DNA of 64,000 nucleotides from Escherichia coli (GTDB lineage Bacteria; Pseudomonadota; Gammaproteobacteria; Enterobacterales; Enterobacteriaceae): NCBI RefSeq assembly GCF_003018115.1, contig NZ_CP027457.1; one strand, 5' to 3'. Shown piece by piece: positions 56,616 to 64,000 of this stretch (position 1 is its first letter; each line of letters starts with the position of its first letter). The notes under the pieces were generated by a model. It saw only the letters and a program-made list of their open reading frames with translations, ran no database searches and was not told where the DNA came from. The position numbers and the translations under genes were made by a program.

Positions 56616-58658
56616 ATGACGAATCCGTTACTGACTCCCTTTGAATTGCCTCCGTTTTCTAAAATTCTCCCGGAACATGTCGTTCCAGCCGTGACTCAGG
56701 CGCTGAACGACTGCCGGGAAAATGTGGAGCGCGTAGTAGCGCAAGGGGCACCGTACACCTGGGAAAATCTCTGCCAGCCGCTGGCGGAAGTGAACGATGT
56801 GCTGGGGCGTATCTTCTCCCCGGTCAGCCACCTGAACTCGGTGAAAAATAGCCCGGAACTGCGTGAAGCGTACGAACAGACCTTGCCGCTGCTGTCGGAA
56901 TACAACACCTGGGTAGGGCAACATGAAGGGCTGTATAAAGCGTATCGCGACCTGCGCGATGGCGATCATTACGCCACGCTGAACACAGCTCAGAAAAAAG
57001 CGGTTGATAACGCCCTGCGTGATTTTGAACTCTCTGGCATAGGTCTGCCGAAAGAGAAACAACAGCGCTACGGTGAGATTGCGACCCGTCTTTCCGAGTT
57101 GGGCAACCAGTACAGCAACAACGTCCTCGATGCGACGATGGGCTGGACCAAACTCGTCACCGACGAAGCGGAACTGGCGGGGATGCCAGAAAGCGCGCTG
57201 GCTGCGGCAAAAGCCCAGGCCGAAGCGAAAGAGCTGGAAGGTTATTTGCTGACGCTGGATATTCCAAGCTACCTGCCGGTAATGACCTACTGCGACAACC
57301 AGGCTCTGCGTGAAGAGATGTATCGCGCTTACAGCACCCGCGCCTCCGATCAAGGCCCGAACGCCGGTAAATGGGACAACAGCAAGGTGATGGAAGAGAT
57401 CCTCGCTCTGCGTCACGAACTGGCGCAACTGCTGGGTTTTGAAAACTACGCCCTCAAATCGCTCGCCACTAAAATGGCAGAAAACCCGCAGCAGGTGCTT
57501 GATTTCTTAACCGATCTGGCAAAACGCGCGCGTCCGCAAGGTGAAAAAGAGCTGGCGCAACTGCGTGCCTTCGCTAAAGCCGAATTTGGCGTCGATGAGT
57601 TGCAGCCGTGGGATATCGCGTACTACAGCGAAAAACAAAAACAGCACCTCTACAGCATCAGTGACGAACAGCTGCGTCCGTACTTCCCGGAAAACAAAGC
57701 GGTTAACGGCCTGTTTGAAGTGGTGAAACGTATTTACGGCATCACCGCTAAAGAGCGTAAAGATGTTGATGTCTGGCACCCGGATGTACGTTTCTTCGAA
57801 CTGTATGACGAGAACAACGAACTGCGCGGTAGCTTCTACCTCGACCTGTATGCCCGTGAAAACAAGCGCGGCGGGGCGTGGATGGATGACTGCGTAGGCC
57901 AGATGCGCAAAGCTGACGGTTCTCTGCAAAAACCGGTCGCGTATCTGACCTGTAACTTTAACCGCCCGGTAAATGGTAAACCGGCGCTGTTTACCCATGA
58001 CGAAGTGATCACCCTGTTCCACGAGTTCGGTCATGGTCTGCATCATATGCTGACCCGCATCGAAACCGCCGGTGTATCCGGGATCAGTGGGGTGCCGTGG
58101 GATGCGGTCGAACTGCCGAGTCAGTTTATGGAAAACTGGTGCTGGGAGCCTGAGGCGCTGGCGTTTATCTCTGGTCACTACGAAACCGGCGAACCGCTGC
58201 CGAAAGAGTTGCTGGATAAAATGCTGGCGGCGAAGAACTACCAGGCGGCGCTGTTTATTCTGCGCCAGCTGGAGTTCGGCCTGTTCGATTTCCGCCTCCA
58301 TGCCGAGTTCCGCCCGGATCAGGGAGCGAAAATCCTCGAAACTCTGGCAGAAATCAAGAAACTGGTTGCCGTAGTACCGTCTCCATCCTGGGGCCGTTTC
58401 CCGCACGCTTTCAGCCATATTTTCGCCGGTGGTTATGCGGCAGGTTACTACAGCTACCTGTGGGCTGACGTACTGGCGGCAGATGCTTTCTCGCGCTTTG
58501 AGGAAGAGGGCATTTTCAACCGTGAAACCGGGCAGTCGTTCCTCGACAACATTCTGAGCCGTGGCGGTTCAGAAGAGCCGATGGATCTGTTCAAACGCTT
58601 CCGTGGTCGTGAACCGCAACTGGATGCGATGCTGGAGCATTACGGTATTAAGGGCTGA
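56616..58658 (+). CDS. prlC: Oligopeptidase A PrlC (M3 zinc metallopeptidase)
   Basis: ORF 56577..58658; start at [14 protein letters not shown] gives 680 aa; HEFGH zinc motif present. Confidence 0.93.
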   Translation: MTNPLLTPFELPPFSKILPEHVVPAVTQALNDCRENVERVVAQGAPYTWENLCQPLAEVNDVLGRIFSPVSHLNSVKNSPELREAYEQTLPLLSEYNTWVGQHEGLYKAYRDLRDGDHYATLNTAQKKAVDNALRDFELSGIGLPKEKQQRYGEIATRLSELGNQYSNNVLDATMGWTKLVTDEAELAGMPESALAAAKAQAEAKELEGYLLTLDIPSYLPVMTYCDNQALREEMYRAYSTRASDQGPNAGKWDNSKVMEEILALRHELAQLLGFENYALKSLATKMAENPQQVLDFLTDLAKRARPQGEKELAQLRAFAKAEFGVDELQPWDIAYYSEKQKQHLYSISDEQLRPYFPENKAVNGLFEVVKRIYGITAKERKDVDVWHPDVRFFELYDENNELRGSFYLDLYARENKRGGAWMDDCVGQMRKADGSLQKPVAYLTCNFNRPVNGKPALFTHDEVITLFHEFGHGLHHMLTRIETAGVSGISGVPWDAVELPSQFMENWCWEPEALAFISGHYETGEPLPKELLDKMLAAKNYQAALFILRQLEFGLFDFRLHAEFRPDQGAKILETLAEIKKLVAVVPSPSWGRFPHAFSHIFAGGYAAGYYSYLWADVLAADAFSRFEEEGIFNRETGQSFLDNILSRGGSEEPMDLFKRFRGREPQLDAMLEHYGIKG

Positions 58659-58665
58659 TCATTCA

Positions 58666-59418
58666 GTGAAAATCTGCTTAATTGATGAAACAGGCACCGG
58701 AGACGGTGCCTTATCTGTTCTGGCGGCTCGCTGGGGGCTGGAACATGATGAAGACAACCTGATGGCGCTGGTATTAACGCCGGAACATCTGGAATTGCGC
58801 AAGCGTGATGAGCCAAAACTTGGCGGCATCTTTGTTGATTTTGTTGGCGGAGCGATGGCGCATCGTCGCAAATTCGGCGGTGGTCGTGGTGAGGCGGTGG
58901 CGAAAGCGGTGGGCATTAAAGGCGATTATTTGCCGGATGTGGTGGACGCTACCGCAGGGCTGGGGCGCGATGCCTTTGTGCTGGCTTCGGTCGGCTGCCG
59001 CGTGCGGATGCTGGAGCGTAATCCAGTCGTTGCCGCGCTACTCGACGACGGCCTGGCGCGTGGATATGCGGATGCGGAAATCGGCGGCTGGTTGCAGGAG
59101 CGTTTGCAGTTAATTCACGCCTCCAGCCTGACGGCGCTGACCGATATTACTCCGCGCCCGCAGGTGGTCTATCTCGACCCGATGTTCCCGCATAAGCAGA
59201 AAAGCGCGCTGGTGAAAAAAGAGATGCGCGTGTTTCAGTCGCTGGTGGGACCGGATCTTGATGCCGATGGATTACTGGAGCCTGCACGCTTGCTGGCGAC
59301 CAAACGCGTGGTGGTAAAGCGCCCGGACTACGCGCCACCGCTGGCGAATGTCGCCACGCCAAACGCGGTAGTCACTAAAGGGCATAGGTTTGATATTTAT
59401 GCCGGAACGCCAGTGTAA
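58666..59418 (+). CDS. rsmJ: 16S rRNA m2G1516 methyltransferase RsmJ (YhiQ)
   Basis: ORF 58561..59418 overlaps the prlC 3' end; conserved protein begins [14 protein letters not shown], consistent with a GTG start about 8 nt after the prlC stop (250 aa). Confidence 0.88.
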   Translation: MKICLIDETGTGDGALSVLAARWGLEHDEDNLMALVLTPEHLELRKRDEPKLGGIFVDFVGGAMAHRRKFGGGRGEAVAKAVGIKGDYLPDVVDATAGLGRDAFVLASVGCRVRMLERNPVVAALLDDGLARGYADAEIGGWLQERLQLIHASSLTALTDITPRPQVVYLDPMFPHKQKSALVKKEMRVFQSLVGPDLDADGLLEPARLLATKRVVVKRPDYAPPLANVATPNAVVTKGHRFDIYAGTPV

Positions 59419-59422
59419 AAGT

Positions 59423-59454
59423 AAAGCAGGGTAGCGTTATCGCTACCCTGCTTT
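59423..59454. terminator. Bidirectional terminator between rsmJ and dtpB
   Basis: Perfect 14-bp inverted repeat aaagcagggtagcg ttat cgctaccctgcttt between convergent genes. Confidence 0.7.
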
Positions 59455-59466
59455 CTGCAAGAATAA

Positions 59467-60936
59467 TTAATGGCTTTCCGGCGTCGCAATCATGCGTTTC
59501 AGCCACGGCACCATCAACAGCATCACTACTGCAACGCCCAGTGTGACCAGACCAATCTTACCAAACACGTTGGTATAGACAGGCAACGTCTCAAGCGGAT
59601 CGGTAATGTTGTCTGGTACTGCGGTAAATGTTGCCACATAGCCGCCCAGCAAGAACGCGGCAGCCTGCGTCAGGAACCACATCCCGAGAATAAAGCCCAT
59701 CAAATGTTGCGGCACCAGAGCGGCAACCATCGCCAGACCCAGGGCGCTAATAAACAGTTCACCCAGGCTCTGGAACAAGTAAACCAGCACGATAAACCAC
59801 GGCGATGTCAGTCCTTGTGCATCAGCAAACCACATTCCCGCAGCTGCCGCCGTCAAAAAGCCCAGTGAGCACATAAACATGCCGAGAGTAAATTTCATCG
59901 GCATCGAGAGGTCTTTGCCTTTGTTACCCAGATGCGTGTAAATGCCTGCCAGTATTGGGCTGGCGAGTACCACCCAGAACGGGTTAAGCGCCTGGAAGCT
60001 GACCGGGTTGATGGAAAAACCGAGAATTTCATGATGCACGTTGTTGATGGCAAAGAAGTTCAGCGATGTTGGCATCTGGGCGTAGAGAATGTAAAACACC
60101 ACCGCTTCGAGCATCAGGACAAAGGCGACAAACATTTTATTGCGCCCGGTTTTATCCAGCTTGAATGCCTGACGAAAGAAGATGATGGTGACGACGATGG
60201 AGAGAACAATCAGCACCAGATTGGCGACTTCTACGTTGTGCATCAGCCAGGCGCAGACGAAGATCATCACTACGCTGCCAAGTAATACGTACAACAGTTT
60301 GCTGAAGCTCATTGGCCGGAAGTCGGGCTCAGAACCAATGTCTTTCACCATTCCACGACAGGCGATGTAAACCAGTAATGCGATAATTAACCCCGCCCCG
60401 CACAGGTTGTAGGTGACAGAATAACCGAATCTATCAGCGATCACAGGGGCCAGCGATAACGCTATCAACGAGCCGATGTTGATCGACATATAGAACAGGG
60501 TGAATGCGCCATCAAGGCGCGGATCTTTCGGCGGATAGCACTTCGAAAGCAAGCTGGCTGGGTTAGCTTTAAACAGGCCGTTACCGACAGCGATAGTCCC
60601 CAGGGCAATGAAAATCAGGTCAGGCTTAAGTAGCGACATGCCAGTCATGAAGTAGCCAATCGCCAGCACAAGTGCTCCGAGGACAATGGTGCGTTTGGTC
60701 CCCAGCAGGTGGTCGCCGACATAGCCGCCAATGGAAATGAGGCCATAGACCAGCGCAGCAAAAGCACCAAAAGTGACAAAAGCCTGTTCTTGCGAGAATC
60801 CAAGCTGCTTAACGAAGAAAACCGCCAGTACGCCCTGCACGCCGTAGTAGCCGAATCGCTCCCATAACTCGACAAAAAAGATCATGAAAAATGGGCGAGG
60901 TTGCTGCAGCATCCCCATGGGTGTTGTTGTATTCAT
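59467..60936 (-). CDS. dtpB: Dipeptide/tripeptide:H+ permease DtpB (POT family)
   Basis: 489-aa MFS/POT ORF; synteny. Confidence 0.93.
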   Translation of the reverse strand: MNTTTPMGMLQQPRPFFMIFFVELWERFGYYGVQGVLAVFFVKQLGFSQEQAFVTFGAFAALVYGLISIGGYVGDHLLGTKRTIVLGALVLAIGYFMTGMSLLKPDLIFIALGTIAVGNGLFKANPASLLSKCYPPKDPRLDGAFTLFYMSINIGSLIALSLAPVIADRFGYSVTYNLCGAGLIIALLVYIACRGMVKDIGSEPDFRPMSFSKLLYVLLGSVVMIFVCAWLMHNVEVANLVLIVLSIVVTIIFFRQAFKLDKTGRNKMFVAFVLMLEAVVFYILYAQMPTSLNFFAINNVHHEILGFSINPVSFQALNPFWVVLASPILAGIYTHLGNKGKDLSMPMKFTLGMFMCSLGFLTAAAAGMWFADAQGLTSPWFIVLVYLFQSLGELFISALGLAMVAALVPQHLMGFILGMWFLTQAAAFLLGGYVATFTAVPDNITDPLETLPVYTNVFGKIGLVTLGVAVVMLLMVPWLKRMIATPESH

Positions 60937-61151
60937 ATTTATTAACCTTCCAATACCATCCTGAAAAGTATGAACGCGTAAGGGATAACGCGCGAAAAAG
61001 TTTACATCTGTCAGAGATTCTTAATATTGATGCGGTGAATAGATTAATACACTATTACAACAGAAAATAACCAGCTGATCACACTAATGATGGAAAATAT
61101 GATGGTGTTAAATATTGTATTGGCTGGGGATTTTGATTGCGTGCGCAGATC

Positions 61152-61184
61152 GTAGGCCTGATAAGGTGTTTACGCTGCATCAGG
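61152..61184. repeat. REP-like element
   Basis: gtaggcctgataagg...gcatcaggtaac resembles REP consensus arms (gtaggcctgataag / cttatcaggcctac type). Confidence 0.5.
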
Positions 61185-61194
61185 TAACAAGGCG

Positions 61195-61229
61195 CGCCAA
61201 AAAGCAAAACGCCCGCATATGCGGGCGTT
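61195..61229 (-). terminator. Rho-independent terminator of uspA
   Basis: Hairpin aacgcccgcatatgcgggcgtt followed on the minus strand by ttgcttttt. Confidence 0.75.
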
Positions 61230-61253
61230 CAGGAACACGTCGTGGAGGGAAGA

Positions 61254-61688
61254 TTATTCTTCTTCGTCGCGCAGCGGAACAATCAGCATATCAACGTGAA
61301 CGGTGTTGATCAGCTGACGTGCGGAAGACATCAGTTTGCTCCAGAAGTCCTGGTGGTGACCACAAACCACCAGATCCATATCGTATTTCTTGATTGCATC
61401 GACCAGAACCTGGCCCAGGTCGCCGCTGCCGCTCAGGGTTTCAGTGATTGGGTAGCCTGCATTAGTGGAAAGCTCGGTCAGCGCATGATGTGTCTCTTCA
61501 GAGATGCGTTTCTGCATATCACCAAGATTCACATCAATAAGCCCGGTATATAGGTCAGAGTAGTTTACATCTACGTGGATCAGAGAAACTTTCGCATTGT
61601 ATGGGCGAGCCATAGAGACTGCTTTCTCTACCAGAACTTTGCTTTCCGGGGAGAGATCGACCGCGATGAGAATGTGTTTATAAGCCAT
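61254..61688 (-). CDS. uspA: Universal stress protein A
   Basis: 144-aa ORF matching recalled UspA ([19 protein letters not shown]). Confidence 0.95.
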
Positions 61689-62078
61689 AGTGTTACTCCT
61701 TCCATAAAGTTGTCGATGACTGGCCAGCTAGCGTTTCTTGTGCCGTTACGTCACCCGCGTCCTGCGAACTACGTGCGCGGGGCTAACCCAGCCGTAAAGA
61801 TTCAGTGTTAAGACCATCCTTACCTTATAGCGACCCGGATGATCCGTCAATCCGCCTTGCTTACCCGTTAGATAAACAAATTTTCGACATGAATATATTG
61901 ATAGTGGTTAACCTTCTGGAAAAAAAACAACCTGATCTCCTACACTATCTATAGAGCCGCTCGGATGTTGGTCACCACAAAAGCGGTTTCTCCAGGACCT
62001 GGTGTTAACTGATTGGCAGCGTATCGGGAGCGGTAGCCCCGGGGTGGAACTCCGCGGGCAGGTCGCCGGGGAGGAGGT

Positions 62079-62414
62079 ATGATAAGCACCGTCGCATTAT
62101 TTTGGGCTTTATGTGTCGTTTGCATTGTTAACATGGCGCGCTATTTCTCATCACTACGCGCGTTGTTAGTGGTACTGCGTAACTGCGATCCATTGCTCTA
62201 TCAATATGTTGATGGAGGGGGCTTTTTTACCTCACATGGCCAACCCAACAAACAGGTGCGTCTCGTTTGGTATATCTATGCCCAACGTTATCGCGATCAT
62301 CACGATGATGAGTTTATTCGCCGCTGTGAGCGGGTGCGTCGGCAGTTTATTCTGACCAGCGCATTGTGTGGTCTGGTGGTGGTCAGCCTGATTGCATTGA
62401 TGATTTGGCATTAA
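62079..62414 (+). CDS. uspB: Universal stress protein B (membrane)
   Basis: 111-aa ORF with two TM segments, divergent from uspA. Confidence 0.93.
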
Positions 62415-62440
62415 GCACTTCAGCAATAATAACGCATAAA

Positions 62441-62472
62441 AAAAGCGGGCCAGTAAACTGACCCGCTCGTTT
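62441..62472. terminator. Stem-loop between convergent uspB and pitA
   Basis: gcgggccag taaa ctgacccgc hairpin followed by tcgtttt. Confidence 0.6.
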
Positions 62473-62484
62473 TGGTGCGTACGA

Positions 62485-63984
62485 TTACAGGAACTGCAAG
62501 GAGAGCCAGTAAAGCCCGCCGGAAAGCAGTACCGCAGCCGGAAGGGTAAACACCCAGGCCATCAGAATACTGGTTACGGTTTTACGCTGTAAGCCGCCGC
62601 CATCTACCACCATCGTCCCCGCGACAGAAGAGGAGAGTACGTGAGTAGTGGAAACCGGCATCCCGGTATAACTCGCCAGGCCGATAGACACTGCCGCAGT
62701 CATCTGGGCAGACATCCCCTGAGCGTAGGTCATGCCTTTCTTACCGATTTTCTCACCGATAGTTGTTGCCACACGACGCCAGCCAATCATCGTACCGATA
62801 CCTAACGCCAGCGCGACCGCCATGATGATCCACACCGGTGCATACTCGATGGTGCTAAGCATGTCGGACTTCAGTTTCTTCAACAGGCGCTGATCGTCAG
62901 CACTCACGCCAGGCATCTTCACCACTTTGTCGATAGTGTCAGAAACGCACAGCATAATGCGGCGCATCTGGCTACGTTGATCAAGCGACAGCTTGTCGTA
63001 GCTTTCCACATCGGTAGTCAACATGCCTTTCAGGCGGTTGAGCGCGTTAATGGTATTCGACGGATGACAATGGAACTCCGCAGGTTGCGTTGCGCCAGCT
63101 TCCGGAGCCGGTACTAACTGATCAGCACCGGTAGCTTGTTTCAGCAGCGCAGGATGCTGCTCAAAGTAAGCTTCGACGTTGTTGATGGCATCACGGGTAC
63201 GGGTGATTTCGTAGCCAGTGGCATTCATGTTCACCACGAAGCCTGCTGGCGCGACGCCAATCAATACCAACATAACCAGACCAATGCCTTTCTGACCATC
63301 GTTCGCGCCGTGCGAAAACGCCACGCCGATAGCGGAAAGGATCAGCGCAATACGCGTCCAGAACGGCGGCTTTTTCTTGCCGTCTTTCTTTTCACGCTCC
63401 GCTGGGGTCAGGTGGATACGGGCGCGTTTCTTGGTGCCGCTCCAGTAGCGACGCAGCAAGAAAATCAGACCGCCAGCAAACACCAGGCCGACAATAGGGG
63501 AAACGATCAGAGAACCGAAAATACTTAATACTTTCGGAATATTGAGTGCATCCACCACTGACGTCCCGGTCATCAACGCATTGGTTAAACCAATCCCGAT
63601 GATCGCGCCAATCAGCGTATGGGAGCTGGATGCAGGTAAACCAAAGTACCAGGTACCCAGGTTCCAGATAATCGCCGCCAGCAACATAGAGAACACCATG
63701 GCAAGGCCATGAGACGATCCCATATTAAGCAGCAGATCCGTCGGCAGCATATGCACAATGGCATAGGCAACACTCAGACCACCCAGCAAAACACCCAAAA
63801 AGTTGAACACCGCTGCCATAACCACGGCGAGCTGAGAACGCATCGCGCGGGTATAGATAACGGTTGCCACGGCGTTGGCTGTGTCATGGAAACCATTGAT
63901 GGCTTCGTAGAACAGCACAAAAGCCAGTGCAAGCAATAATAACAGCCCGGTATGCAAATCCAGGCCAGCAAACAAATGTAGCAT
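62485..63984 (-). CDS. pitA: Low-affinity inorganic phosphate/metal-phosphate transporter PitA
   Basis: 499-aa polytopic membrane ORF; start codon 16 nt from window end. Confidence 0.95.
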
Positions 63985-64000
63985 AGGACGTTACGCCATT

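Noticed and set aside
56628-58418. 266-aa and 303-aa minus-strand ORFs inside prlC
   Set aside because: Antisense to the 680-aa oligopeptidase A gene; no independent support.

Overview
This window reads as an Escherichia coli chromosomal segment, collinear with the K-12 bcsB-to-pitA region in reverse orientation, and it carries accessory DNA that K-12 lacks at these positions. All identifications rest on reading the six-frame ORF translations and the sequence against recalled E. coli proteins and motifs; no database search or computation was run, and non-CDS coordinates are hand-counted and may be off by a few bases. Core genes in order: bcsB (3' end), bcsZ, bcsC, pdeK, dctA, yhjJ, kdgK, pdeH, yhjG, yhjE, yhjD, yhjC, yhjB, treF, ccp, then the acid-fitness island (gadA, gadX, gadY sRNA, gadW, mdtF, mdtE, gadE, hdeD, hdeA, hdeB, yhiD), then dctR, slp, a yhiS-like gene, arsC/arsB/arsR, gor, rlmJ, prlC, rsmJ, dtpB, uspA, uspB, pitA. 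Three accessory insertions stand out: (1) the chu haem-uptake locus (chuVUYXWT / chuAS) between yhiD and dctR; (2) a two-gene module next to arsRBC, an ArsP-like permease with a TPFCSCS motif plus an atypical ArsR-family regulator with a C-terminal Cys-Cys pair; (3) an IS200/IS605-family element (intact TnpB, apparently frameshifted TnpA) inside the SOS-regulated dinQ/agrAB type I toxin-antitoxin locus between arsR and gor. The most interesting region is 51.8-54.2 kb, where the insertion separates a LexA-box promoter from a DinQ-like toxin ORF that has no in-frame start codon. No rRNA, tRNA or CRISPR array was seen.
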